This document shows, in pieces, positions 9,209 to 19,977 of a DNA stretch of 54,815 nucleotides. The notes below the pieces were generated by a model that had not been told where the DNA came from, ran no database searches, and saw nothing but the letters and a program-made list of their open reading frames with translations. The DNA comes from Candidatus Heimdallarchaeota archaeon (GTDB lineage: Archaea; Asgardarchaeota; Heimdallarchaeia; JABLTI01), in assembly GCA_018238155.1 (NCBI GenBank), contig JABCTZ010000031.1:1-54815 (forward strand), in the 5' to 3' direction. Positions within the stretch are counted from its first letter, which is position 1, and every line of letters begins with the position of its first letter. Both the position numbers and the translations under genes were made by a program.

Positions 9209-10585
9209 TTATTTTTTAACAATAACCCCTTCTGCTTTCAACAAAACAACTTCTATTTGTTCTTTTGCTGTTCCCAAATAATTTTGAGGGTAATCGAAGA
9301 TTTCTTGTAGATTTTTTTCAGATATGTATTTTGTTATTTGTTTATCAGTTATCAATACATCAAGAAACTGTTTATCATCTTTCATTGCGGTCATTGAATT
9401 CTTACGAAGTGTTTCATGTGCTTCTTGTCGATTCATACCATTTCTTGCTAGCTCAGTCATCACTGCTTCCGCCATAACAAGTCCTTTAGAAATTTTGAGA
9501 TTTTCTAACATTCGCTCTTTTTTTACTTCTAAACCTGAAACAACGAAATCAAAATCGAGTAGCATTTGATCGATCGTTAGATATATTTCTGGATAGATAT
9601 ATCGCTCATTTGCACTATTCGCTAGGTCTCGTTCATGCCAGCTCACAATATTCTCTAAAACTGGTATGGTGTATCCCCTCATCAATCTTGCAAGTGAACA
9701 AATCCTTTCACTCTTTTCTGGATCTCTTTTATGGCTCATTGTGCTTGAACCTACTTGCTTATCTGATTTAAACGATTCAAGAACTTCACCCATTTCTGTT
9801 CTTTGTAAGTTTCTAACCTCTGTTGCAAATTTATCAAGTGAACACGCTAAAAGAATTATTTCCATTAAAGTTTCAGCAATTAGCTCTCTTGAAATTAGCT
9901 GGTTAGTAATTGTTGCTGGAACCAGATCCAATTTCTTCATTGTAATTTGCACGATACGATCTGCATGAACTCCATAAGCTGCTCGAGTTCCTACTGCTCC
10001 TGAGAGTTTTCCCACTACTTTATTAGCAGTTAAATAACGAATGTTTTCTAGATGTCTTACTAATTCATCGATCCAAATCGTCACTTTATGACCAAAAGAA
10101 TAAGGAACTGCATGTGACCCATGAGTACGTCCAATACAAACAGTATCTCGATGCTCTCGAGCGACTTCTATCAGCGTTTTGATTATCTTTACAAGTCTCT
10201 CTTCAATTAAAGCTAAACCTTCTTTTGTTCGGAGTGCTTCAGCTGTATCAATAATATCATTGCTAGTTGCTCCAAGATGGATATAACGCCCAAAGTCTCC
10301 ACATTGTTCTGAAAATGCTCTTATAAAGGAAACAATATCATGATAGATTTCTTTCTCAATTTCATCTACTCGTTCTAATGTGACAAATTTCAGTGAAGCT
10401 TTCTTTTCAATTTCTTCAGCTGCTTCTTTTGGAATATTACCTACCATTGCATGCCCATGAGCAATTGCTGCTTCAACTTTTAGTAAAAGTTCTAATCTTT
10501 TTTCTCGAGAGAAAATATTTCTCATTTCCTTGCTACCATAGCGCCAATCTATTGGATGTAGGCATGGTGATTTCTTTTTAGTCAT
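9209..10585 (-). CDS. purB: Adenylosuccinate lyase
   Basis: HLGATSNDI, GRTHG, GAVGT, GSSTMSHKRDP and WHERD motifs. Confidence 0.95.
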   Translation of the reverse strand: MTKKKSPCLHPIDWRYGSKEMRNIFSREKRLELLLKVEAAIAHGHAMVGNIPKEAAEEIEKKASLKFVTLERVDEIEKEIYHDIVSFIRAFSEQCGDFGRYIHLGATSNDIIDTAEALRTKEGLALIEERLVKIIKTLIEVAREHRDTVCIGRTHGSHAVPYSFGHKVTIWIDELVRHLENIRYLTANKVVGKLSGAVGTRAAYGVHADRIVQITMKKLDLVPATITNQLISRELIAETLMEIILLACSLDKFATEVRNLQRTEMGEVLESFKSDKQVGSSTMSHKRDPEKSERICSLARLMRGYTIPVLENIVSWHERDLANSANERYIYPEIYLTIDQMLLDFDFVVSGLEVKKERMLENLKISKGLVMAEAVMTELARNGMNRQEAHETLRKNSMTAMKDDKQFLDVLITDKQITKYISEKNLQEIFDYPQNYLGTAKEQIEVVLLKAEGVIVKK

Positions 10586-10656
10586 AATCAGTCAGTCTTC
10601 CTTATAAGCAAGTGAGCAACATTTTTACTTGCTTTTAAAATTTTTCAATATCTCAT

Positions 10657-12132
10657 CTATTTCTTGAGAGTAGTTGCCCCGGAGAGTAAAGATACTCTAT
10701 CTTTGTAGATTCTCCTACCTCCAAATATAATTAGTAGGACTATGCTGGAAATGAAAAGTAGTATCGGGAGAAAATATCTTATTGAAACTAAATGCCAAAT
10801 ATTGAATCCCATAAAAATTAGTGCCACTGCTGATAATAGCCCTGCAGAAATAATCTTCTTAGTTTTGAAATAAGATACAGAACTAATAATAGCGATTAAT
10901 ATAATTGGGACGTAATATGTGCTATAAAATTTGAAAACTCCACGCGGCATGAAGAGATGTGTCCAAATAGTATAGATTGCTAGAAGCTCGAATATTTCTA
11001 TCGTATCAATTTTTCCTTTAAAAGATCGCCATAATAGATACACTCCTATTGCTGAGGCACAAACAATCATCAACAGCATAGAATTAACTAGAAAGGCAAT
11101 TACATCCATAATGAACCCTCGAATATTGTAATAATAAAGAGCATAGGAAAAGGGCATTGGTTGTCCTATATATGGTTCTCCAATTATTGGTTCTGTTGTT
11201 AGCATCTTTCCAGGAAAGAGCATATGACCAAAATATCGTATTGGTGTGATAAAGATCCACGGGATTGATACAAGTAAGCATACACTGATAAATAGGATGA
11301 CGTTTGCTCCACTTTCAAAACTTGCTTTTTTGATTCCTTTTTCTTTCACCTTTTCACCAAGCATTACGAAAAATAAGGGATAGGTGAAAAAGAGTGCATT
11401 TTGTTTTGTCATAGTTGCAATTGCTAACCAAAAGAACACTTGCCACCATTTTCTATCTATAATAAAGTAGAAACAAATTAGGGTTAACAAAATTACCGGT
11501 CCTGGATTTAACCAATAAATTCCATCGTAAATAATATTTATTGGTGCTAAAACCATTAGCATTCCTGCAAAGAAAGCTATGCCCTTTGATCCTGGTTTCT
11601 TAACTAATTTTTCAACAATGAGATAAACCATCCCAGCACATGCCGCATCTGTTACTATCATAGGCATTGCTAACCAAATTAGCGACATACCGGGTCTCCA
11701 AATAAGAAGCAAGAAATAAAGGAAAATTGGTGGATACGAGTAGTAATAGAGTGGATCTCCTACAGTCATCCCATTCCAATCTGTGAAGGGATACCATCCA
11801 TCTTCGAACCATGCAGTAGCCCATTCAACATAATAGTAGTCAAAATCGGCGTATCCATAGAGTGGAAAATAATCACTTGGGCTGAAAATAACTCCTCTTT
11901 CCCAAATTGTCGGTGAGTAATTTAAAGGGTAATGTACTCTGAAGTGATATGCTGCTAGCAGTCTTACTAGAGTTCCAAGACATGTTAAGAATATGAAAAT
12001 AGCAAAAGTATATACAATGAGGTTCCAGTCTTTTTTCTGAAACCAACTTTTGATTTGTGTTGGAATATCAAAGAAAGAAGAATTTTCCATTGTAGCTGTT
12101 CTTATTTGCTTCTCAGAAAATTCATCATTCAT
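10657..12132 (-). CDS. Polytopic GT-C glycosyltransferase (GT87/PIG-M-like)
   Basis: Many TM helices; ADFDYY acidic loop after TM1, YSYPP motif, TMTKQ. Confidence 0.7.
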   Translation of the reverse strand: MNDEFSEKQIRTATMENSSFFDIPTQIKSWFQKKDWNLIVYTFAIFIFLTCLGTLVRLLAAYHFRVHYPLNYSPTIWERGVIFSPSDYFPLYGYADFDYYYVEWATAWFEDGWYPFTDWNGMTVGDPLYYYSYPPIFLYFLLLIWRPGMSLIWLAMPMIVTDAACAGMVYLIVEKLVKKPGSKGIAFFAGMLMVLAPINIIYDGIYWLNPGPVILLTLICFYFIIDRKWWQVFFWLAIATMTKQNALFFTYPLFFVMLGEKVKEKGIKKASFESGANVILFISVCLLVSIPWIFITPIRYFGHMLFPGKMLTTEPIIGEPYIGQPMPFSYALYYYNIRGFIMDVIAFLVNSMLLMIVCASAIGVYLLWRSFKGKIDTIEIFELLAIYTIWTHLFMPRGVFKFYSTYYVPIILIAIISSVSYFKTKKIISAGLLSAVALIFMGFNIWHLVSIRYFLPILLFISSIVLLIIFGGRRIYKDRVSLLSGATTLKK

Positions 12133-12186
12133 TTCTCATTCACCAAAAATGAATAAAGTAAAGAATCATTATCTAAAAATGTTCTC

Positions 12187-14361
12187 TTAGTCTATTTGTA
12201 ATTCTTGATCGGACATTGGATTTCCGATTTGCTCTTTTATGCTTCGAACGATTTCAGGACCAATTGCCGGCACTCTTGCCAACTCTTTTGGTTCTGCTTT
12301 TCTTAGCGAAGCAATTGTTTTGAAACCATTGTTAAAGAGCAATCTTGCTCTTACTCTACCAATTCCTCGCAGTTTTACTAGTGGTACCAACTCTTTTCTT
12401 ATTCCATGTGAGATTCTTATGTGAACTTCTCTAATTTGTTTCTGAACATTTTCGAAATGAAATAGCTTTCCTATTTCAATTGCAGAATATAATAACCATT
12501 TTGCGTTATCTGTTAAATAGAGGATATCTCCACTCCCAACATTAAATCTAGTTGTTATTGCTTCTTCGGGTTTTTCTTCTATCCAATCTGATAGAAGAAT
12601 AGCTGTTTTTAATCCCATTAAGAAATATTCAAAATCGGGTTCCCATTCCTCTGGAGTATCTGTAAGAAATTCATTCTTGTACTCCAAGAGGAATCTTTGT
12701 AATTCCGTATGATCCTTTTGTCTTAGATACAAATTTCTAAGATCCGGCGTTGTAGCAATTAATTGGAAGATAGCAATTTCTGTAGGTGTTTCTGGATGTT
12801 CATTGCCACTTTTCAAGCCGTTTCTAATAATAACTGCTGAGAGAGGGTCAATATATAATTGGCTTACTCTATGACCAAATTTGGTTGCCCAGAGATCAAC
12901 TCCCTCATTTTCTATCATTCCCTCTTCCTTTAAAAATCGGAGTACTTTTTTCACTTGGAATTCAGTTGTTGAAATGTCATTTTGATATCCATAAAACGTT
13001 TCTTTGATAAATTGTGTTAGTTCTTTTAAGTTTGAGACATATCCTATTGATATTGCTGCTAACATGTGTGTACGTAATGCACTTTCGCTGGCCAATTTAG
13101 ACCAAATCATTTCAGTTTCACCCAAGCAATATTGTTGCATAAACTGTTTAAGATGATAAGCCTTCTTTGCTATAATTATGGACTCTCCTTCTGAATCATA
13201 TTTTGGTCTTCCTGCACGCCCTGCTTGTTGTTTGTATTCAAGAACTTTGATTGGTTGATTTCCCATTCCTGCTTTATATCGAGAAAGGGACATTATTACT
13301 ACCCTTCTTGCAGGTAGATTTACTCCTGCAGCCAAAGTTGGCGTTGAACTGACACATTTAACCAAATTTTTTCTAAAACTATTTTCAACTATTTTTCTTT
13401 CTGCGGGTTTTAATCCTGCATGGTGAAATGCACAGCCTTTTTGGATAACTTTAGCTAATCGCTCTGTTAATTTTGTTTTTTCACCTGATGTGAGAAGCTC
13501 TTCAGCAAGTAGTACGAGCTGTTCCTTTTCTTGTCCTGTAAGTAATCTTGAGATTTCTTGGCCTATTCTTTCAGCAGTTGCTTGTGAACTTGCACGAGTA
13601 TTTGCAAAAACAAGTATTTGCCCTTTGTTTTTTATTGTGTCATAAGCAATATTAATTTCAGGGTGTTTTGTGCTAACGATTGGAATTCTAATTTGAGTAC
13701 CAGTACTAAATTCAACAACTCCTTTCCAGTAAACTCCCTCTGATAATTTTACTGGACGCCAATCGGATTGGACCAATTTAGCATCTAACCAATTGGCTAT
13801 TTCATCTGCATTACTAATAGTTGCGGAAAGAGCTAATATCTGTGTATTTGGCAAAGTTTTCTTTAAACGAGCTAAGACTACTTCCAAAGTTGGTCCTCTA
13901 TTGGCATCATCGATAAGATGGACTTCATCTGAAACAATAATTTCAACATCCTTAACCCACTTGGTATCATGACGTAAAAGAGAATCTATCTTTTCATTCG
14001 TACAGATAATTAAATCGTAATTTGCTAGTTTGAAATCTTCGGAATCAAAATCTCCCGTAGATTGAATTACTTTTATACCCAATTCCTCAAATTCAGTGAA
14101 ATCAGTGTATTTTTCTGCCGCCAAAGCTTTTAGTGGTACCATGTATATTGCCTTACCACCTCGAGAGAGAATTCCTTGTAACATTGCTAATTCTGCAACA
14201 AGCGTTTTGCCCGATGCTGTAGGAACAGCTAAAACCATGTTTTCTCCATCAAGTAATCCTCGTTTTATTGCTTCTACTTGTGGAGGATATAGAGAGTCAA
14301 TACCTCTTTTAAGAATCAGTTTCTTTGCTTGAGGTGGTATATTTAAGTCAGCAATTTTCAT
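12187..14361 (-). CDS. hel308: Ski2-like SF2 DNA helicase Hel308/Hjm
   Basis: PTASGKT, DEVH, LSAT, FHHAGL, TLAAGVNLPA, GRAGRP and C-terminal HhH GIGRVRAR. Confidence 0.95.
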   Translation of the reverse strand: MKIADLNIPPQAKKLILKRGIDSLYPPQVEAIKRGLLDGENMVLAVPTASGKTLVAELAMLQGILSRGGKAIYMVPLKALAAEKYTDFTEFEELGIKVIQSTGDFDSEDFKLANYDLIICTNEKIDSLLRHDTKWVKDVEIIVSDEVHLIDDANRGPTLEVVLARLKKTLPNTQILALSATISNADEIANWLDAKLVQSDWRPVKLSEGVYWKGVVEFSTGTQIRIPIVSTKHPEINIAYDTIKNKGQILVFANTRASSQATAERIGQEISRLLTGQEKEQLVLLAEELLTSGEKTKLTERLAKVIQKGCAFHHAGLKPAERKIVENSFRKNLVKCVSSTPTLAAGVNLPARRVVIMSLSRYKAGMGNQPIKVLEYKQQAGRAGRPKYDSEGESIIIAKKAYHLKQFMQQYCLGETEMIWSKLASESALRTHMLAAISIGYVSNLKELTQFIKETFYGYQNDISTTEFQVKKVLRFLKEEGMIENEGVDLWATKFGHRVSQLYIDPLSAVIIRNGLKSGNEHPETPTEIAIFQLIATTPDLRNLYLRQKDHTELQRFLLEYKNEFLTDTPEEWEPDFEYFLMGLKTAILLSDWIEEKPEEAITTRFNVGSGDILYLTDNAKWLLYSAIEIGKLFHFENVQKQIREVHIRISHGIRKELVPLVKLRGIGRVRARLLFNNGFKTIASLRKAEPKELARVPAIGPEIVRSIKEQIGNPMSDQELQID

Positions 14362-14450
14362 AGGTAAAACCCACTAATTAACACTGTCTACTTTCATTAA
14401 AAAAGGGACAAATAACTTTTCTTTACTAGTAAAAGTAGTAATTTCCCTAT

Positions 14451-16520
14451 TTAAGTTCGTTTAATATATCCTGCTTTTGGTTGGAATAGCATTCCATCTT
14501 GTCTCATTCGTTCAATATTTCGTTCTATGAAATCTTTATTCATACCGGAATCTTTGGCTTTCTCAGCAATAGCTTCAAGAGACACTGCTTGCCCTTTATT
14601 TTCTGCTTCCAACTCAGCTATGATATTCATAAGTATTTCAATTTTAGAGCGAGTGGATGTAGAGGTGCCAACCATCATAACGTCTATGTCCATAATCCCT
14701 GTTTCAGGGTCAATACCTACTTGTTTCAGTGATTGTTTGAGGATTCTAATAGCTGCTTCAGCATCATCTGTTGATGCTTCGCTACGTAATGCCATTCTCG
14801 CATGAGATTCAGTTAAACGTACTAGAGATTCCAATTGTCTTGCTGTAATTGCAATAGGTGAATCACTTGCTTCACCTGCTACACGCATTTCTAGATAGAA
14901 TTCTTCAAGGCGTTTTGCAGCCCCCTCAGTTAGTTTTGGTTTGGCGTTACTTTTTGCATAGCTGATATACTTACGTAAAAGCACCATAGATATTGGCGGT
15001 TCATGTTCCGTTACTCCTATTGTATGTAACCGAAGAATGTGTTGAGCTTTGATTTGATCTGTTTCTTGATTTGGTTCATCTCGAACAATCCATATTATAT
15101 CAAATCTTGAGAGAATCGTCACTGGTAGATTAATATTTTCTGCCGCCGTTCGAGAGGGTATGTATCTTCCCATCTTTGGATTTGCTGCGGCTATAATTGA
15201 ACATCTTGCGTTTAATGTTGCTACTATACCTGCTTTTGCAATTGAAACCGTTCTTTGTTCAAGTGCTTCGTGAATGCTACTTCTATCTTCCTTTCGCATT
15301 TTATCCAATTCATCTATACAACAGACACCTCTATCTGCTAGTACTAATGCTCCTGCTTCTAGAGTAAATTCACCTGTATCTGCATCTCGTAAAACAGCAA
15401 CAGTTAAACCTGCAGCAGAAGTGCCTTTACCTGAAGTGTACAATGAACGTGGAGCTAATCTTGCAACATATCTAAGCATTTGACTTTTTGCTGTTCCAGG
15501 ATCACCTATCATAAGAAGATTGCTTTCTCCTCTAATTTTCAATCCGTCACCAAGGATTTTTGGAACACCACCAAATAGAAGCAATGCAATTGATTCTTTA
15601 ATATCTCTATAACCAAATATGGATGGAGCAATGGAATCAATAATTCTGTCATGTATGTAAGGATTTTGAGATAGTTCTAAGATTTGGCGTACTTCATCCT
15701 CACTTATTTCTAAAATATCAAAGTCCTTTTCTTCGGGTGTTATGAAATTGGCGTTCATATTTACAGAAAAAGTAGCTAATTTTCCTGAACCTTTCTGGGA
15801 AAAATCGGGTATGGATTGCAAAATTCCTATACAAGATACTCGGTCACCTGGTCGAATTGTATCAACCAAATCATCTGTGAGTAATACTGTAACAGAACGC
15901 GGCATTTGTCCTGGTGGAAGGTCTTCTGGTCGTTCTTGTATGTTGACTTTTTGCCAATCAACAAATTTAGATTCCTCGTTGAGGAGTTTGAAAGGACCTG
16001 CTCTGCCACAACCTGGATTTTCACAATGGTGTGGTGGTGTGTAGCGACTTTCTGCTTGAGGAATAATGATTATTTCATTACAATGAATACATTGGAAGAA
16101 TCCTTCAATAAGTAGAGGTTTTACCTCCGTTGCTCGAGTAACAATACCATTGAGCATAATTAATTTTCCAACATGTTCTGCTCGAATTTTTCTAAGGGGG
16201 ACTGTTTCACTTTCTGCTAAATTAAAAAAACGAATGAAGAAATCTCGAGTAGTAAAGGCATAGTCAGCATCTTCAATTTCTACTACTTCTGCAACAGCTC
16301 TATGTCCTTGATGGACAAACTCTTTCGGTTCATCTATTGTTTTACGAGCTAGTTCGGGATTAAACTTGATCAAATCATTAAAATCAATTAATAATGATAC
16401 TCCACCCTCTACGGTCATTTTTTGGACACTTTCACGGTAAAGGTAATTTCCTTTATCATTTCGGAATTCACGAATGAATTCATTATAAGCCGCAATAGGA
16501 TCTGTAGTATCTGAAACCAA
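14451..16520 (-). CDS. mcm: Replicative helicase MCM
   Basis: Zn finger, GDPGTAKSQ, IDELDKM, SRFD, ITARQLE and C-terminal wHTH. Confidence 0.97.
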   Translation of the reverse strand: MVSDTTDPIAAYNEFIREFRNDKGNYLYRESVQKMTVEGGVSLLIDFNDLIKFNPELARKTIDEPKEFVHQGHRAVAEVVEIEDADYAFTTRDFFIRFFNLAESETVPLRKIRAEHVGKLIMLNGIVTRATEVKPLLIEGFFQCIHCNEIIIIPQAESRYTPPHHCENPGCGRAGPFKLLNEESKFVDWQKVNIQERPEDLPPGQMPRSVTVLLTDDLVDTIRPGDRVSCIGILQSIPDFSQKGSGKLATFSVNMNANFITPEEKDFDILEISEDEVRQILELSQNPYIHDRIIDSIAPSIFGYRDIKESIALLLFGGVPKILGDGLKIRGESNLLMIGDPGTAKSQMLRYVARLAPRSLYTSGKGTSAAGLTVAVLRDADTGEFTLEAGALVLADRGVCCIDELDKMRKEDRSSIHEALEQRTVSIAKAGIVATLNARCSIIAAANPKMGRYIPSRTAAENINLPVTILSRFDIIWIVRDEPNQETDQIKAQHILRLHTIGVTEHEPPISMVLLRKYISYAKSNAKPKLTEGAAKRLEEFYLEMRVAGEASDSPIAITARQLESLVRLTESHARMALRSEASTDDAEAAIRILKQSLKQVGIDPETGIMDIDVMMVGTSTSTRSKIEILMNIIAELEAENKGQAVSLEAIAEKAKDSGMNKDFIERNIERMRQDGMLFQPKAGYIKRT

Positions 16521-16608
16521 TTTTAATTACCCCTTATAGTGTTTTTTCAATTTATTGACTTGTATATATTGTTCAACTTCAACTAACTACTCTGTCACTA
16601 TCTTTTCC

Positions 16609-17172
16609 TTAGAAAGATGGATTATTTTTATTGCTCTTAACAAGAGATGCTTCCCATTCATGTAATTGTATTCGCAAAGTTTTGAAGAGCCAAAATTCTT
16701 CTGGAGTGAGATGCTTAATAAACGGTGATGGGTCACCAGATTTCTGTGATAGTTTAATGATCTTAAAACGACGTTTACTAATTATATCTTTTAGAAGAGC
16801 TTCCATACGTTCTCTATCTCGAAGAGTATAAATCTCTCCCTTCTTTGTTAGGTTTTCAATTTGGAGAGAAACTACGGGATAGAAATCCTCATCAAGTTGT
16901 ATCGGTGTTTGACTTTTACTTTCATCCCAAAGAACTGTTTGCATATAGGGTATATCAAATGATTTTAAATTCTTGATTTCTACTAATTTTTCTTCTTCTA
17001 AAATCCTTGCTACCCAAAAAGGAATCTCGAATTCTGACCCCTTTGTAATTTTAATTTTACCTGTACCAATATTAATAGCAGGAATATCAATTAAACCTTT
17101 TACTAGAACATTCTTTTCTTCAAAATCGAAGACTATTCGCTTTAGCTCAAGATTAGGATTGAATTCACTCAC
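16609..17172 (-). CDS. GINS complex subunit (Gins23-like)
   Basis: EIPFWVARIL B-domain, L.EDFY and LTPEE motifs; lies directly upstream of mcm. Confidence 0.8.
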   Translation of the reverse strand: MSEFNPNLELKRIVFDFEEKNVLVKGLIDIPAINIGTGKIKITKGSEFEIPFWVARILEEEKLVEIKNLKSFDIPYMQTVLWDESKSQTPIQLDEDFYPVVSLQIENLTKKGEIYTLRDRERMEALLKDIISKRRFKIIKLSQKSGDPSPFIKHLTPEEFWLFKTLRIQLHEWEASLVKSNKNNPSF

Positions 17173-17478
17173 TGTTTTTTTCCTCCAAGAATGCTAAACT
17201 TTTATCTGAGTTTGAAAGTTTAGTTGGACTTCAAGGCAAGCTATTCCTATAATTATATCTTTGGTCTAAAGCTAAATTCAAGTTTTGCCTTGTAAGAGCC
17301 TTCTCACTAAACAATATTCATCTATTAGCTGAATATTATTGTTTCGTATTATCATTTCTGTTAAAGTGTTAATTTGTTGGTAAGACGACAATAGTATTAA
17401 TACTATGATATGTGAGGTAAGTGAAAGTATTCGTAAAAGAGGCATGAAAAAAGAAAAAGTGAAGGAAGAAGAATGCTC

Positions 17479-18711
17479 CTAATTTTCTAAGAGATACTCC
17501 GCATTGAAATCACTAACTTTCTTAATGTGATAATCTTCACAGAGAATATTTCGAACTTCACGTGTTGAAACCGACAGGGAAACCTTTGTAGTTCGACCAT
17601 ATCTACCTAAACTAACAACTTTAGTATTCACAACACCTAACATTGCGAGTTCATTGAGAAGTGAATTGGCTCTTCTAGGTGAAATTGGATCAAGACCTGT
17701 GATTTTACAGCATTCTAAATAAACTTTGTAAAGATCACCTGTAGTGATGATTTTTAAGCTGCTTTTCTCAAGAACATATGTACTCCAAAGAACCACTTTC
17801 GATTGAACGGGAAGACTAACTAAAACTTCTTCTACAGTATTCTTTTCAATTTGTTTCGTTGCTTTTCGCACGTGTTTTTCGTTAACAATTTCTTCGCTTC
17901 CTCGCTCCGCAATTTCAGCTGCAACACGGAGAAGATCTAATGCTCTTCTTGCATCGCCATGTTCTTGAGCAGCTAGTGCTGCACATAAACTAATTACTGA
18001 TGGATTTAGTACTTCTTCGTTAAATCCTTCTACTGCTCTATCTGAAAGGATATCTTCAAGTTGTCTAGCATTGTATGGTTTGAATACTAACTCTTCTTCT
18101 GAAAGGCTTGACCTTACTCTTGGATCAAGGGTTTCTTTAAAGGAAAGATCGTTCGTTATACATACTAATGATACTTGAGCCCTTTTCAAATCTGTATTTA
18201 TCCTTGTTAATTGGTAGAGGACGTTATCTCCACTTTTGTGGTGTAATTTATCCAATTCGTCAAAAACTACTATTAACAATTGTTTCTTAGAATCCAATTT
18301 TGTTTTAAACCGTTTAAATACCTCATCCGTTGGTAATCCTGTAAATGGAACTGATTCTCCTACAACCTCGCAGAGTCGAGCCAAGACTCTATAATCGGTG
18401 TCTACTTCTACACAATTTAATAATGAAACAACGATGCTCTTTCCAATTGAAGCTGCTCTTGTTCTTAGATATTTAGTAACAAATTTGGAGACTATTGTTT
18501 TTCCTGTTCCTGTTTTCCCGTAGAGAAAAATATTACTTGGTCTGTTGTCTCTTAGTGCATTACCTAACATCTTCCCTAGAAATTCTATTTCTAAATCTCT
18601 GTGTGGTAATCTTTCCGGAATGTGAGAAGGTCTAAGTACCTCGTGGTTTTTGAAAATGCTTGGACTTGAGATGAATCGATCAAAGATTGCGTCTAATGGG
18701 TGATCTGACAT
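17479..18711 (-). CDS. cdc6: Orc1/Cdc6 replication initiator
   Basis: LPHRD, GKTGTGKT, FDELD, LDPRVRS, PYNARQL, HGDARRALDLL and GRYGRT wing. Confidence 0.97.
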   Translation of the reverse strand: MSDHPLDAIFDRFISSPSIFKNHEVLRPSHIPERLPHRDLEIEFLGKMLGNALRDNRPSNIFLYGKTGTGKTIVSKFVTKYLRTRAASIGKSIVVSLLNCVEVDTDYRVLARLCEVVGESVPFTGLPTDEVFKRFKTKLDSKKQLLIVVFDELDKLHHKSGDNVLYQLTRINTDLKRAQVSLVCITNDLSFKETLDPRVRSSLSEEELVFKPYNARQLEDILSDRAVEGFNEEVLNPSVISLCAALAAQEHGDARRALDLLRVAAEIAERGSEEIVNEKHVRKATKQIEKNTVEEVLVSLPVQSKVVLWSTYVLEKSSLKIITTGDLYKVYLECCKITGLDPISPRRANSLLNELAMLGVVNTKVVSLGRYGRTTKVSLSVSTREVRNILCEDYHIKKVSDFNAEYLLEN

Positions 18712-18790
18712 TTGTTTTCTGTTTTTCTCCTGCTGCTACGTTTTACTTACTTGTGCGTTTAATAAGGCACTTACTTATTCAATTCGGCAA

Positions 18791-18885
18791 ATAGTGGAAA
18801 GACCACTACTTCTAGTGGAACTTTTACATGCTGTCTTGTACACTTCTGATATATAAAATTTACTAACCTCTTATTCTAGTGGAAC
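18791..18885. promoter_or_regulatory. ORB-like boxes upstream of cdc6 (candidate origin and/or autoregulatory sites)
   Basis: TTCTAGTGGAAC at 18810-18821 and 18874-18885, plus TAGTGGAAA at 18792-18800; resembles the archaeal ORB core TTCCAGTGGAAAC; flank an AT-rich TATA-like segment. Confidence 0.65.
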
Positions 18886-18930
18886 GTTGAAATTTCGACG
18901 AGAAAAGACCAAAACGGTTAATAATTTGTA

Positions 18931-19290
18931 TTATTCTGAACAAAATTCAGAATAAAAACCAAGTAACTGAACCCATTGGTGGATATACTGTTTTGATAAT
19001 TCTATTTGAGTGTGGTCACGAATAAGGATCTCGGAGCGTTTCTTTTTCAAATCTTGAAATGCTTTTTTGGCATCTTTTGCAGTCATCCCATTAACTAATT
19101 TGTAAATTAGAGACATGCTTTCTTTTCTATTTAGTGCTCGTTCCCAACCTTTCCATACCAAATGTTCGTATTCATTATTGAACGTCTTATTAAGGCGTTT
19201 ACGGATAAAGCTGAGCGCTTTCTTACGATCCTTACTAACTAATGTTTTTGCAAGAGTTTGCAAATCGAGAATTTTTTCTGACCCAGACAT
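18931..19290 (-). CDS. Hypothetical protein
   Basis: 119-aa ORF with ATG start and helical charged composition. Confidence 0.6.
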   Translation of the reverse strand: MSGSEKILDLQTLAKTLVSKDRKKALSFIRKRLNKTFNNEYEHLVWKGWERALNRKESMSLIYKLVNGMTAKDAKKAFQDLKKKRSEILIRDHTQIELSKQYIHQWVQLLGFYSEFCSE

Positions 19291-19491
19291 TTCTTACCAA
19301 CCCGCCTAATTTTAATTCTTTGCCTATTTCTTTCTTTCGTTCTTTCTATAGCAAATAGTTAGTCAAACCAAGTAAAAAATCATTCGATTATCTCAAATAT
19401 CATTTAAAGAATACCTCCATATTAGAAGCCTTTTATTTATTCTACGAGAGAATTAGTAATGAAATCCAAATATTGATAGGTTGAACGAAAT

Positions 19492-19734
19492 TTGACCATT
19501 GCAAATCTCTCTAATTCCAAAGATGATTCTAAAAAAATTCAGAAGGAAATTGAAACTGGAATCATAAAAGCGATAGGTGATATTACAAACGAAGCTGATT
19601 GGCCTGAAGGCGCAGATGCTTTTGATGTTCAGTTAATTATTACACAGTTAGCTCGGAGTGCTGCGCATTTGCGGGATACTCGTCGTATTGAAAATGAAAA
19701 AAATCACCCTCAAAAAAACTGTTCTCAGCGATAA
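19492..19734 (+). CDS. Small hypothetical protein
   Basis: 80-aa ORF with protein-like composition and AGGTTGA SD-like motif upstream. Confidence 0.45.
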   Translation: MTIANLSNSKDDSKKIQKEIETGIIKAIGDITNEADWPEGADAFDVQLIITQLARSAAHLRDTRRIENEKNHPQKNCSQR

Positions 19735-19977
19735 ATACAGGTTTCGCACTACCAAAACCTTGTTGCTGTGTGAGATTAAAAGCATATTTGGTATATTTTT
19801 CTTTCAACAATCCAGAAAAAAGTTTTTTAAATCATAGTAAAAAGTGGGGAATTATTGTAAGTTTATCTATAACAAGAAGATATCATAAACTTAGACTGAA
19901 ATTAATCGCAAAGGTTTTATAGCAGTCTAGTCTGCGAAAGAATAGATTAAACTAAAATAAGTGGTTGTTGAATAAAC

